NCBI RefSeq assembly: GCF_964204645.1 | Contig: NC_134034.1 | Span: 11,544,962 to 11,608,961 of the forward strand | Direction of reading: 5' to 3' | DNA: 64,000 nucleotides | Source: Tubulanus polymorphus | Taxonomy: Eukaryota > Animalia > Nemertea | In this document: positions 1 to 13,081 of the stretch, piece after piece | Numbering within the stretch: the first letter of the stretch is position 1 | Layout of the letters: each line of letters opens with the position of its first letter | Made by a program: the position numbers and the translations under genes | The notes under the pieces: model-generated | The model's database searches: none | The model's input: only the letters and a program-made list of their open reading frames with translations | Told to the model about the DNA's origin: nothing

Positions 1-138
1 CACTATGTTTGACAGGTGCTGCCATCTTTCAATAGAGATTAAAACTAATTACATCAATACACCGCAGTGCGTTGTACTAGCAAAATCCATCACCGATTCA
101 TACACCGCACTGCAGTGTAGACGCACTGAAAGGGTTAA
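1..138. mobile_element. Partial copy of the piggyBac-type MITE
   Basis: Matches the 3' half of 29438-29726 and ends in CACTGAAAGGGTTAA. Confidence 0.75.
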
Positions 139-216
139 TAACAACGGGATTGATTAGAAAAATCATGAAAATTTTTACAAATTATAATAATCGATTTTGT
201 TTGCAATGTTTTTCAG

Positions 217-3200
217 GTTTTACAACCTCCGGCTGGTTACGCTCCGATACGTACTCCGGCTCGTCGACTGATCGCTACTCCGACGCCGATCGCCGGCACT
301 CCGGTCGGATTCCGCATTCAAACTCCCGATCATAAAACTCAAGTCGTCGACATGCAGCCGAAGGGTAACCTGCCGATGATGAAACCCGACGATATTCAGT
401 ACTTCGATAAATTATTGGTGAGTCTAGAAAAAATGCACAACACGATCTCCATGCGACTCCGTGATTCCTTAAAAACTCCTTCGAAACAAAAAATGCCCTT
501 TAAGGTCGTTGAAACTCCTTTAATTTGAACGAAATGTTTGAAAGTTCTTCAATTTTGAGAAATAGGTAATTAGAAATTTTGTCTAGTTTGTAGTTGTACA
601 GTAAACTACGCCTTAATCGTTAATTACCGGTTTATCCAAAATAAAGAGTACCGGTTTAGGAGGAGTCTACTGTAATTGGGATATGAAAGTGATGCAGACG
701 CTTTCTCAAAATTTGCTCCTTTAAAACTCGATGAAAACTCCTCAAATCAAGTAATGACCGATCTATAGCGACCCTGTATATCCAGGAATGGCTGATCTGT
801 AGAGAGACTCTTCTGGAAATTTGAAATTGTCTCCTTTAAATCTCCTTGAAGACTTATATCCTGGAATGACTGATGTGTAGGGACCGTGTGTTTATTTGGT
901 AATATACCGACCCTCTCTGCCCCCTCATCCTCAGTTCCTCGTAAACTCACTATACCTGTCTTACCTGTATTAGAGATATTGAAATATTAACCGCGAAACT
1001 CGACAATAATTGAATTGTTTTGCGATGATTTCAGGTTGAAGTTGACGAAGAGTCTTTGTCGCCCGAGGAGCAGAAAGAACGTAAAATCATGAAACTATTG
1101 CTGAAAATCAAGAACGGCACGCCACCTATGCGTAAAGCCGCGTTAAGACAGATCACCGATAAAGCGCGCGAGTTCGGCGCCGGGCCGCTGTTCAATCAGA
1201 TCCTACCGTTGTTGATGTCGCCGACGCTCGAAGATCAAGAGCGCCATCTACTGGTTAAAGTCATCGATCGTATATTGTATAAACTGGACGACCTCGTTCG
1301 GCCGTACGTTCACAAGATTCTCGTCGTCATCGAGCCGTTGTTGATCGACGAGGATTATTACGCGAGGGTCGAGGGACGCGAGATCATCTCTAATCTAGCT
1401 AAGGTAAACTAAACCCGGTCCAGGATAGCCACTGACCCGAGAAACTCGGAAATGTAAATCGGGGAAACTTGAAGAGAATTTGGCAAATTCTAGGCCGGAA
1501 AGCTGGGGGAATCACAAATCTGGAATGAATTTTGAAGAAAAAAATCCTGGGCCCGGTTTTATAGACTGGTATTACCTTTACACCCGGTGGTTAACTCGTT
1601 TGAAAAAAAAATCGAGTTAATCGCCCAGGGTTAAAGATAATACCAGCCCATAAAACCGGGCCCTGCTTCGGATAACGCTACCGACCACGCGTTTCTTAAA
1701 CAACACGTGAAAAATGAATAGTTCATGAAATTTTAAACCCCGAAAATTTCTCTCAATTCACTCGCCGCAGAATCACTCGGAGAATTTCTCCATTCACTAG
1801 GATTCATTTCCCACAGTTGTTAGAGTTTTAAACTGATTGAAACGAATTGAAAATGAATTAATTTTAACTCAGAGTTAACTGTTAACTCTTAGTTAGAATT
1901 AGTTCATTTTAAATGAGTCGAATCTTAACTCGAGCCTGTGGAACTGGGTCCTGCAAAGTCAGGGAAACTCGGCGAAATTGTTTTTAATGGGGGATGTGCC
2001 CCCCCCCCCACTCAACATCTTCATCAATTCGATATTGCTGTATGTTATTTTCAGGCGGCTGGTTTAGCTACGATGATCTCGACAATGAGACCGGATATCG
2101 ATAACATGGACGAATACGTGCGTAACACGACCGCCCGAGCGTTCGCGGTCGTCGCCTCGGCGCTGGGAATTCCGTCGCTGCTGCCGTTCTTGAAAGCCGT
2201 CTGCAAGAGTAAGAAGTCGTGGCAGGCTCGTCACACCGGTATTAAGATCGTCCAGCAGATCGCGATATTGATGGGCTGCGCAATTCTACCGCATTTGAAG
2301 AATTTGGTCGAAATCATCGAGCATGGTAAGTGTATAGTAGTGAACATTAACGGGGTTCTTCTTGCGGATCAGGAGAATCAGGGGATTCCGGATTTATTTT
2401 TCCCTGCAGGGAATATCGTGGAATTGCGACTATCTTCCTGAAAATCAGGGGAAAATGTCAGGCAATTTTTGGTGTCTTGTTGTTCTCGCTGGTGACAAGT
2501 GGCACGAGGAACCTCTTGATAACAAACAGCCCTCACTGAGGATACCTTATAATTTAATCAGGGAATTTGAATTTTTGGTGTCTTGTTGTTCTTGCTGGTG
2601 ACGAGTGGCACGAGGAACCTCTTGATAACAAACAGCCCTCACTGAGGATACCTTATGATTCAATCAGGGAATTTGAATTTTTGGTGTCTTGTTCTTGCTG
2701 GTGAAAATGTTACAAGGAACCTCTTGATAAGAAAGTGCGGACTTGTGATTTCACCAGAAGACTCTTTGTTCAAAGGTCAGGGAAATATCGGGGAATTTTG
2801 AATTCCCTGATCTGTACGAACCCTGTATGGAGTAGTTATTACTGTTTTTAGAGCTCAATTACTTTAAAAATATGCTCAATATCTCATTCATTTCAAGTTC
2901 AGTTTCAACTACTATTTTTGATATCAAATTACGATCAATTTGTTGCAAAACCTCTCGAATAGAAATAACAGGTTCTGAAACGCCAGTGACTTAACGCGGT
3001 TCTCATTTCATTATTCTAAGGTTTGGTGGACGAACAGCAGAAGGTACGTACGATCACGGCGTTGGCGTTGGCCGCGCTCGCCGAGGCGGCCACGCCGTAC
3101 GGTATCGAGTCGTTCGACAGCGTGTTGAAACCGCTGTGGCGCGGTATCAAACAGCATCGCGGTAAGGGTCTCGCCGCGTTCCTGAAAGCGATCGGTTATC

Positions 3201-6200
3201 TGATACCGTTGATGGACGCCGAATACGCGAACTACTACACTCGTGAGGTGATGTTGATCCTCGTTCGTGAGTTCCAGTCGCCCGACGAGGAAATGAAGAA
3301 GATCGTCTTGAAGGTGAGTGTGAATTAACTGCCGAATTCTAAATTCAGGAAACACTGGTGATTACGACTTACTCAGATTTAACGGGGTTTCCTAGTTAAA
3401 ACCAGATAACTATATTGAACCCTCGTTGATCTCTCTCTCTCTCTCGCGCTCTCTCTCTCCTCCTGCCTCTCTCTCCCTCTCTTTCCCGCTCTCTCATTAA
3501 TTGATTGTCTATTGTTGTAGGTTGTTAAGCAATGTTGCGCCACTGACGGTGTCGAGCCTCAATACATCAAAGACGAAATTCTGCCTCCGTTTTTCAAACA
3601 TTTCTGGAATCAGCGAATGGCGTTGGACAGACGCAACTATAGACAGGTACGCAAGACAGCAGCAGACAGATAGCTCTGCTGTCAGTCGGTACAACTTAGA
3701 TAAAATAGGGTGGTAACTGACCTGGAAACTCAGGGACTTGGATAAAAACCTAGAAGAAAAGAGAGAATTTGGATATTGACCACGTTTTTCTTTATCAGTA
3801 CATGATTTAATGAAAAATGAATGAATTGTAACATTTTAAACCTAAAAATATCACTATTCACCCGTAGCGGATTATGAGCATGGGAGAGTAGCCAACCTGG
3901 AGAGCAAAATTCGTTCACCTAAAATTGAAACATGATATCATGTTTTTCTTGCAGCTGGTCGATACGACCGTAGAGATCGCTAATAAAGTCGGAGCGGCTG
4001 AAATCGTCGGTCGAGTCGTCGACGATCTGAAAGACGAAGCCGAACAATATCGTAAAATGGTGATGGAAACGATCGAGAAAATCATGGCTAATCTCGGCGG
4101 GGCGGATATTGATTCACGGTTAGAGGAGCAGCTTATTGACGGTATCTTATACGCCTTCCAGGAACAGACTACTGAGGTAAACATCCCCCACCCCCTTGAC
4201 CTACCCTAACCCTCCTGCAGGGCTCTACCCTAACCCTCCTGCAGGGCTCTACCCTAACCCTCCTGCAGGGCTCTACCCTAACCCTCCTGCAGGGCTCTAC
4301 CCATTCCTGACATTTCATTTGTTCTCTCACCCCTCCACTGCTAGGAACAGACTACCGTTGGTAAACATCCCCCACCCCCCTGAACTACTCTAACCCTCCT
4401 ACAGGGCTCTACCCTAACCCTCCTACAGGGCTCTTCCCTAACCCTCCTGCAGGGCTCTACCCTAACCCTCCTACAGGGCTCTACCCATTCCTGACATTTC
4501 ACTTGTTCTCTCACCCCTCCCCTGCTAGGAGCAGACTGCTGAGATAAACTCACCCCCTTACCCGGCCTCCTACTGATTAGCCTCAAGGTCCAGTTGTACG
4601 GTTAGGACTTGGTCCAAAAGTGCTCTTAAATCTTAAGACTGGTTTAGGTTGTTAGATTGAGTATAAAACTAAGATGGTCTTGAACCTCAACCATGACTGC
4701 GCCCCTGGGCTCTCCTGTCCTGGCATTTCACTTGCTCTCAGTCAAACCGGAAACCAGCTGTCTTAGTAACCAGGTCCCTTTTGATATGATTCGGCCATTT
4801 TGTTCGTTCGTCCGATTTATTCGATGAAACGAAATTTTGCGTTTATATTTACAGGATGTGGTAATGTTGAACGGTTTCGGAACGGTTGTGAACGCTCTCG
4901 GTAAACGAGTGAAGCCATATCTACCGCAGATTTGCGGTACGATTCTGTGGCGTTTGAATAATAAATCGGCTAAAGTTCGTCAGCAGGCGGCGGATCTGAT
5001 CAGTAGAATCGCCATCGTCATGAAAACTTGTCAAGAGGTATGTCTTTAAGGGTCAATCTGCTGTCCTGGGGATAGCTCCAAGCTGCTCTGCCACCGAGGT
5101 AGTGGCTCCCAGCTGTTGATTGTCTGAAAAAGGGTGGCTCTGGGCTGGTGTTTGACTTACGGGTGGCTCCTAGCTGCTCCGTGACCAAGGAAGTGGCTTT
5201 GTTTGTCGGAAAAGGGGTGATTCTAAGGCTGCTGTTTGACTTTTTGACAAATTGTTTGAATGGGTGGCTCCTGTCTGCCATGCTGCAAATTGTCTGATAG
5301 TGGGTGACTGCATTTCCTGCTTCTAATATGACTCGACCATTCATTGATATTTGCAGGAGAAACTGATGGGACATTTAGGCGTTGTATTGTATGAGTATTT
5401 GGGAGAGGAATACCCGGAAGTGTTGGGTAGTATACTCGGCGCGTTGAAGGCCATCGTCAACGTTATCGGAATGACTAAAATGACGCCGCCGATAAAAGAT
5501 TTACTGCCTCGATTGACGCCTATTCTGAAAAACAGGTTCGTTAGGTTGCCTTCCAATAAATCCCCCTATGACTTCATAAAATTGATAACTTATTTCTGAT
5601 AAGATGGCCCCCATAAATCTCCCTATGACATCATCAATTTGCCAATTAATTTGTTATATAGACCATTTCTAAAAATACGGCTACTTCCATAAATCCCCCT
5701 ACGACATCATTCCATAAATCCTTTTATGACATTACCAAATTGAGCAATGAATTGATACAAGAGCTAATATGTGATGTCATAGGGTGATTTTCTGGAAGCG
5801 GCCATGTCTGTAGAACAGCAGGGAAATTTTTTTCTTGAATATTCGATTGCATTTGTTTTAGACACGAGAAGGTGCAGGAGAATTGTATCGATTTAGTCGG
5901 ACGTATTGCCGATCGCGGTTCGGAGTTTGTTTCGGCGCGAGAGTGGATGCGAATCTGTTTCGAATTGCTCGAATTATTGAAAGCTCACAAGAAAGCGATT
6001 CGTCGAGCGACGGTGAACACATTCGGTTATATCGCTAAAGCTATCGGGTATGTATGTCTCTGCTGAGGGAGAGTTAACTGTCCGTCTGCTGAGGGAGAGG
6101 AGAGTTAACTGTCCGTCTGCTGAGGGAGAGGAGAGTTTACTGTCAGTCTGCTGAGGGAGAGTTTACTGTCCGTCTGCTGAGGGAGAGTTTACTGTCCGTC

Positions 6201-8141
6201 TGCTGTGGGAGAGTTTACTGTCCATCTGTTGAGGGAGAGGAGAGTTAACTGTCAGTCTGCTGATGGAGAGTTTACTATCTGTCTGCTGAGGGAGAGTTTA
6301 CTGTCCGTCTGCTGAGGGAGAGTTTACTGTCCATCTGATTAGGTTTCACAATAAATTCATGTCTGAATATTTGTCTGTGTATTTTCAGTCCTCACGATGT
6401 GTTGGCCACGTTACTCAACAATCTAAAAGTACAAGAGCGTCAAAACCGTGTCTGTACGACCGTTGCTATAGCGATTGTTGCCGAGACGTGTTCTCCGTTC
6501 ACCGTGTTACCGGGGCTGATGAACGAATATCGCGTTCCAGAGTTGAACGTACAAAATGGCGTCCTGAAATCACTGTCGTTCATGTTTGAATATATCGGTG
6601 AGATGGGCAAGGATTATATCTACGCTGTGACCCCGCTGCTCGAAGACGCCCTCATGGATCGGTAAGTTGAATCTCACGTTCACCTAGTTCTAAACTCAGT
6701 TCTACAGTCCAGGTCCCGGTTCCACAGTTCCGGATCCAGTTCCACAATTCAGGACTCAGTTCTAGTTCCACCATGCGTAACCTGGTTGGATATTTTGAAG
6801 TTGCTCAATTCTCTGGTCCAGTCATTCAATAGATGTTAGAACATGATACCACGAAATTAACAGGGTTCGGATTCAAAGAGTCTGGTTTTAAAGATCCGTT
6901 TTAACCTTTAACATAAAAATGGCAGGTTTCCACGCGGGGCTAGCGTCAAGCCAAAACAAGGGTCTCTGATTACGAAAAGACCCCTCAAGGATAAATTTCT
7001 ATCTTGTTTTTTTTTTCTTCTCACAGTGATTTGGTTCATCGTCAGACGTCGATGGCGGCGATACAGCACATCGCGCTCGGTGTTTACGGTTTCGGCTGCG
7101 AGGACGCGTTGATTCACGTTTTGAATCACGTCTGGCCGAACGTGTTCGAAACGTCGCCGCACGTCGTACAGGCGTTCATGGGCGCGATCGAGGGCATCCG
7201 AGTCGGGCTCGGTCCCAGTAAAATACTACAGTACACTTTACAGGTAAATTCGTTGACGCTGTTTTCAGTATATATTGCGTAACTCGCGCGCTAGGCGTTC
7301 CCGAACAGGGCGCCCACTGTCCCGGAAAAATCTAGAAAATATTCAGAGACGACTTGATGAATTTTGTGTAAAACATGAAAAGATAAGGGAAAAACTCAGG
7401 GTATTTATAAATGGGGAAAGTGAATGAATACTAGTTAATTCTTAGGTTCTTACCCCAGCCGACCCCTTTCATTACAGTATTTTAGAATGATTTTCCTTCA
7501 CGTTGCATTACAAATCTATAGATGAGGGGAGTGTAAACAATTGATCTCTTGGCCATTTCTCCCTTTGCAATAACCTGGGTGGCCACTTAGCTGGAAATTA
7601 GGGACTAGTCAGGGAATTTTGTAAAGAAAGGTAAAAATCAGGGAAATTTGATTATATTGCTAGATCATTGTAAAATCAAACAGTTTCTATCTATGTGTTA
7701 CGTATTTGACTGTGTTAATTGATCAAATTCTTAGCAGATCAAGTCAGGGAAAACAACGCGTGCATGTCAGGAAAAAAGCTAGTCAAACGAAAGTGGCCAC
7801 CCTGATGAATGGATTTTATGTTTGAAATTGATAATTTGAAAACATTTCAAATTGTTTTTACTTGTAACTAAACGTCTGATGTGCAGCAGCTGAGAAAAAC
7901 TAGATTCCTTTTAATTAAGGAATCGACGAGAATGATTTTTTCAAAACACGCTGACGAAAACCTCGGTTTTGCTTGTTTTCAGGGATTGTTCCACCCGGCG
8001 AGGAAGGTTCGCGACGTCTATTGGAAGGTCTACAACACGGTTTACATCGGCGCGCAGGACGCCATGATACCGTCGTTTCCACGGATACCGAACGACGTCA
8101 AAAATCAATACCTTCGATACGAACTCGATTACGTGCTGTAA
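217..8141 (+). CDS. SF3B1: Splicing factor 3B subunit 1 (SF3b155), 5'-partial; exons 217-417, 1035-1403, 2055-2325, 3021-3313, 3521-3646, 3955-4176, 4855-5037, 5357-5535, 5862-6047, 6389-6661, 7027-7243, 7983-8141
   Basis: Spliced frame is continuous (2679 nt) with GT-AG introns; translation is near-identical to the SF3B1 HEAT region ([73 protein letters not shown]...YELDYVL*). Upstream exons lie before the window. Confidence 0.98.
440..890. mobile_element. Dispersed repeat (AAACTCCT-rich family)
   Basis: Homologous to 23400-23795 and, inverted and interrupted by two family A MITEs, to 48655-49200. Confidence 0.6.
1547..1665. mobile_element. Harbinger-type MITE family B
   Basis: CTG|GGCCCGGTTTTAT...ATAAAACCGGGCC|CTG; relatives near 13790, 14764, 40765, 49940. 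Confidence 0.75.
2350..2825. mobile_element. Dispersed non-autonomous element with internal ~105-bp tandem repeats
   Basis: Unit GGGAATTTGAATTTTTGGTGTCTTGTT...CCCTCACTGAGGATA repeated about 3x; same family at 9040-9420 and inverted at 45530-45950. Confidence 0.7.
4160..4560. repeat. 24-bp minisatellite nested in a larger duplication that includes the SF3B1 donor site
   Basis: CTACCCTAACCCTCCTGCAGGGCT repeats; exon-end copies at about 4343 and 4527. Confidence 0.85.
6058..6337. repeat. ~27-32-bp minisatellite
   Basis: TCTGCTGAGGGAGAGTTTACTGTCCG tandem copies. Confidence 0.85.
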
Positions 8142-8971
8142 CCGTAGCGACCGTCGGTGGCGCGCTGCCCGCATTTAATTCGTAATATCGGCGGGGTTCT
8201 TACGGGTTTTTCGGAAAGTTTTGGAAAATGGGAATTGTTTTTCAGGCCCTTGAAAAGCTATGGAAATTTTGTTATTTCTCTATGGCTGTGGAAGATCAGA
8301 AAACGGTCTCAAAATTAATTTCTCATTTTATTATGAGGCTATCGCCTACTGGTATGCCTAATTGTCTTAAGACACATTTGATAAAAAATTTATGAAAAAA
8401 CTTTATCGATGGTATTGATAATTGGCACTTATTTACATTGCCTGTTCTAGTTGGTGATGTGTTACTTAGAGTTATGGAAAAGTTATGGAAAATGAAATTG
8501 GGAAACCCGTTAGAACTCTGATATCATCAATATCGCACTCGGTCGAAAATTACTCGCACCCGGTCCCGAATTATTCGTAAAATATTTATATTTTTATGTA
8601 CGTGCTTTAATGATAGATATAAATTCAAAGGGTCTCCTGTTTTATCAGTAAGGGCCCCTTGGCATCACGTCGTCCCCGGGCCCTGGTTTGGACACAAAAA
8701 AAGTTGAAAATCTTGCAGTTGGGGTTTGGAAGTTGGGAGAATGTCCTCAAAATAAAAATTCGCCCTTAAACGATCGTAGAATTTTGCCGCTGTAAATAGT
8801 CAAATGGTGTGAAAGATTTGAGGAAAAATATTCCATCAGAATTTGTATAATTTCTTCTTTTCTTGTCGTATATTGTTTTCAGCTGTTTTATCAATGTCAC
8901 CACGGTTAATATTGTACACGTCTGTGTCTCTGTGTGTGTTAAACAGTACAAACTGAATACGTGTTTTTGTA

Positions 8972-8977
8972 AATAAA
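8972..8977 (+). promoter_or_regulatory. Probable polyadenylation signal (AATAAA) of SF3B1
   Basis: AATAAA about 830 nt after the stop, following a T/GT-rich UTR segment and just before an intergenic repeat. Confidence 0.5.
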
Positions 8978-9620
8978 TTCCATTCTAGACGTCGAAAATC
9001 AGTGTTTGAATTCAGCTCACTGACAAGTCGGTTTCAACAGTGGGTTCTAACAGATCAGGGAATTCCTGATTTATGAGTGAAGATCAGGGAATTCTGACTC
9101 TGCAAGGAAATTTGGGGAATTTGAATTTTTGGTGTCTTGTTGTTCTTGCTGGTGACGAGTGACACAATGAACCTCTTGTTAAGAAACAGCCCTCACTGAG
9201 GATATCTTATAATTGAATCAGGGAATTTGAACTTTTGGTGTCTTGTTGTTCTTGCTGGTGACGAGTGACAAAATAAACCTCTTGATAAGAAACGGCCCTC
9301 ACTGAGGATATCTTATAATTGAATCAGGGAATTTGAATTTTTGGTGTCTTGTTCTTGCTGGTGACGAGTAGCGCAAGGAACCTCTTGATAAGAAACAGTC
9401 CCCACTGAGGATGTCTTATATATAATTTAATTGTTGAATGTTTGCTCAAGAGTTAGGGGAGTATGAGATAACTTTCATTTGAGAAACCAAAATTAATTTT
9501 ATTCAAAACTCTTTAAAAAACACTTACTTTAGATTAACATTAAAATCTTAAAACAGATTAAACCGAAAACTTCTACAACAAAATATTTCTTTTGTAAGAA
9601 TAACTTTTCATCTAACACTG

Positions 9621-11267
9621 TTATTGTTGGTGTAGACTACTGGTGGCTCCCTCTAGAGTAATACCAGTGGCTCCCTCTGGTTTTAGCAACTGTTGCAGAC
9701 GTCCGAGTCGAGCGAGAAGTCGTTCTTTCTGCTCGATTAAATCTCGTTCGTAATTCAGCGCGCATTCGATGATTTCGTCTAAAGCCGCTTCGCATTGTTG
9801 CTCCGTAGTAACGCTAGAACTGACACAACAATAAACAACTCAATTCGACCAACTTTTCGGCATGACCCTTTGATTAAGCGCACTAGTCCACCCCCTTCAA
9901 AATTTAAGTGTGCCCTCCGAGAAAACATTTTTTGCAAAAGACAAATTCAAACGGGCCCTGATAAGAACCAGGGGCTGGTTGCACAGTCACAGCTTTGACT
10001 TAAGACCAATTTAAGACCATGTTAGTTCTATAGCCAATCTAACAACTTAAGACTAGTCTCAAGATTTAAAACCACTTATAGACTTAAGCCATGACTGTGC
10101 AACTGGCCCCGGAGAACCCAAAGCCCTCCCATCAGAGTCGAATTGGAACTGGATCCAGTGATTAATTAGTTCATATTCAACCTCAGTCAAGTAAGGAGAA
10201 CTGTGTAACTCGAGTCCAGTGTTCCAAAACATTGGCTAACACTGTTACCTCTAATTTAAGAGACAAGTAACTTACTTAAAATGTTGTAAGTACATGTTTC
10301 GGATAGAACTGGTCTCTGAGTTCAGATCTGAAAAAAAAATACCAAAAGTGAAAAAATCTTCATTGTTTCCTATGGCAATGGAAGATGAAAATAGTTTTTT
10401 ATTTGTGGAGATTTTAAACTTGTGCGGCGAACGTACTTTTGATAAGGTCATCGAACGGTATAAAATGATCGTCAGCGTTCGGTGGAGTAGATTCTGCAGC
10501 TGCGCCCTCCGGTGGGATATCGCTCTTTTCCATCTCGCTGCGACCTAAAAAATCAAAGACGACCTTGAGATCGAGATCATCCGAGGAGATTAATCGAGGA
10601 ATTAATGTTCGGTTTCTAACCTGAACTGGTATCTTGATTACTGAATTGATTAGATCCTGAATTGGGTTCTGTCTGAAAAAAAAAGAAGAAAATTCTTAAG
10701 ATAAAATTCCAATCAAAACTGGTTACCATGGTTTCCCTTTCATTAGTTAGTTAGCTATTGACGAGGTCAGGGGCCGGTTGCATAGTCATGGCTTAGACTT
10801 AAGACCAGTCTAAGACCAACTTAGTTCTATAGCCAATCTAACAACTTAAGACCAGTCTTACGATTTAAGACCACTTTTGACCTTAAGTCACGACTGTGCA
10901 ACCGGGCCCTGGGGTTTAGGGGTCCTAAGCCCCTGACCTCGACTGGGTTTAGGGCCCCTAAACCCCGCGGTCAAACTGGGTGACCTATCGGATAGAATCT
11001 TACTCGCTCTGCCGTAGTGAGGTTTTTGAATCGTTTTTGTGGCTGTTGATTGATTGAGTCGCTGAATGCAGGATCGCTCCAGTCCCCGGAGCAGCCCGTC
11101 AGAGAATTGGAGGATGTGATGAGGCAATCGTTGGGATCTTTCGGAGGAGGCATCAAAATTGATTCATCTTCCTGCGATCTGAAGAATACTGGAGGTGGTG
11201 GTGACAACAACATCCTCGCCTGCCACTGCTGCTGCTGTTGTCCTCCCTGCTCTTCAATGTCTTCCAT
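9621..11267 (-). CDS. TEX12: TEX12-like synaptonemal complex central element protein, 224 aa; exons 11267-11004, 10672-10621, 10544-10437, 10327-10276, 9819-9621
   Basis: Five GT-AG exons sum to 675 nt with matching phases. C-terminal FDDLIKNLNSETSSIRNMYLQHFNSSVTTEQQCEAALDEIIECALNYERDLIEQKERLLARLGRLQQLL aligns without gaps, from memory, to the human TEX12 core ([69 protein letters not shown]). Gene structure high confidence, name moderate. Confidence 0.72.
10768..10911. mobile_element. MITE family A copy in a TEX12-like intron
   Basis: GGGCCGGTTGCATAGTC...GACTGTGCAACCGGGCCC with the family's TTAAGACCAGTC internal subrepeats. Confidence 0.85.
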
Positions 11268-11759
11268 TGTTACTCTTGTTTCAAAAACAACCTGAAAGAA
11301 AACAAAGGGAAAACAATTAAGAGGAAAATGAATGGTGTTCTTAAGTCTAGGTAGATATACACGGATAGGCCTAGTGAGTGGTAGGAGGACGGATGGTGGT
11401 ATCCTGTCAAATGGTCTCAAAAAGGGTAATGAGGGGTTGATCTAGTTAGAATGAGGGTTTAGAGTTACAGGAGGGGTTCGTGAGGGATATATAAAAAGTG
11501 TACCATCATTATCAAAGCAAACAGACCAAATTTATTTGATTGATTGCAGACGAATCTTTTATATTTTCTACAGTTTTTGTGGTTTTGAGTCGATCACTCC
11601 CCTACTATCACTCCCCCTGACCTGGGGAACAGACTTGGTCTTTTAAAGAAACAAATACAGGACAAGACGACGCCTTTAAAACTCTCGAATTATGAATTAA
11701 ACAGACGTAAAAACATGAAAAACACAATTTCTTCAGAGATACCCGGCAATCGATGATGT

Positions 11760-11920
11760 CACTCTACACGGGATTCCCGTATATCCCAGCGGGCACTGGC
11801 TGACGTCAGGGAATTCTCAAAAATCCCCGCCCGGAATCTCTCCGCACGGGTATGCCCAGGGATTCCCTGTCGGGATATACGGGAATTCCGTGACGTAAAA
11901 CAATCCGCCATTTTCCTTGG
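11760..11920. promoter_or_regulatory. Putative bidirectional promoter (TEX12-like / Ral) with CRE, YY1 and kappaB-like motifs
   Basis: GC/CpG-rich island between divergent genes: TGACGTCA 11801-11808, TGACGTAA 11891-11898, CCGCCATTTT 11905-11914, GGGATTCCCG 11770, GGGAATTCTC 11809, GGGATTCCCT 11859, GGGAATTCCG 11881; donor-like sites flank it on both strands (minus 11742, plus 12039). Confidence 0.55.
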
Positions 11921-12370
11921 TTTCGAGACCAAGCCCAAAATCGGAGTTTGAAAACAAGTGAGTTTTAACGTTGAATTCGACGCAAATTGCGACTTATCGA
12001 CAACTGTAAACTGAGATTTATTAAAGATTTTAATTAAGGTCAGTGTTTTTATCACCTGTCATTGCGTTATAACGATCAAATCTGCAGATTTTTAACTGTA
12101 ATCAGAGGCGTTTCCGACAATACCAGATTGAATTGAATTTATTGCCTATGTGATCGTGTATTTACTGTTTTCGGCGAAAATGCCCTATGTTTGGAGCTTG
12201 GAAGGATTCTTACATCAACTTAAAGCATTATCAGTTGATGTGGCAATTCCTTCCTGTAGAAGTAGGCAAGTCTTATAAACTTGCAAATAAATTCCATCTA
12301 TTCCAACCAGAAAACCGGTCTTGCCTCTTGGCCGCCTCTGGCTTCTGGTTGGCCTGAGCCTACTACACTT

Positions 12371-12505
12371 GGGGCCAGTTGCTCAAAGGGTTGGTTAAAG
12401 ACAACCAAAGGATACAAACCATAGCAACAAAACTTTTAATTGTCATTATATCAACTTTACTCCACTGGTTCACTGTAACAAACTTTTTAGCAACTATGGC
12501 CCCTG
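12371..12505. mobile_element. Harbinger-type MITE family C
   Basis: GGGGCCAGTTGCT..AAAGTTGGTT termini with shared internal sequence; copies near 28056, 32440, 34494, 39268, 42470, 49705 and a cluster at 52715-53145. Confidence 0.75.
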
Positions 12506-13052
12506 CTACTGTTGAATTATAGTTTGGAGAAATTGTAAATAATTTTTTTGCTGTTTACCAGTTTTTTCTCAGTATCTAGCCTGTCATACGCTTTCTGTGA
12601 AATAAATTTGAGCTTGAACTTAAGCTGTTCTTGTTGACAGTGGTTAGAAATGAATATGACATGAACCTCTAGGTACAGACCTATAAATATAGAATCATTG
12701 ATAAGCTACTGGATGAACGGAATGCATCACGGTTATCAATATGAGTCACACGGAGGGAGGGAGACTGTAGGGTGTAATCACTATCAGTTTAAACAAACGT
12801 AAACAAATTGATTCAATTATGTGTCATCAGTTAATATTGCTTCATTGTGTATAAGAATTTAGTTTGTTTGAAATAAGCTTCAGTCATTGAATAGTTGTGG
12901 TGAGAGTGGCCTCTATGCTATAAGGAATTTGTCTTCAGTGAAATAGTGTAAAACCTAAGCTCCTACTAGTCATTCAGCTCTCCGTCAGCAGCTGGAATTT
13001 CTTTGATCTCGCACTCCTGATAGTCCTAGCGCGGATTTGACCGTTAATCGAA

Positions 13053-13081
13053 ATGGGAAAACTGTGGCAAGTCTTATGCGG
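13053..13081 (+). CDS. Candidate alternative first coding exon of Ral (MGKLWQVLCG...)
   Basis: gaaATGG context, 29 coding nt, donor GG|gtaaga; phase 2 matches the Ral acceptor at 19333 giving [25 protein letters not shown] in frame. Confidence 0.55.

Noticed and set aside
2055-6047. Possible natural substitutions at SF3B1 cancer or drug-resistance positions
   Set aside because: Motifs equivalent to R625, H662, K666, K700, G742, R1074 and V1078 all read as wild type
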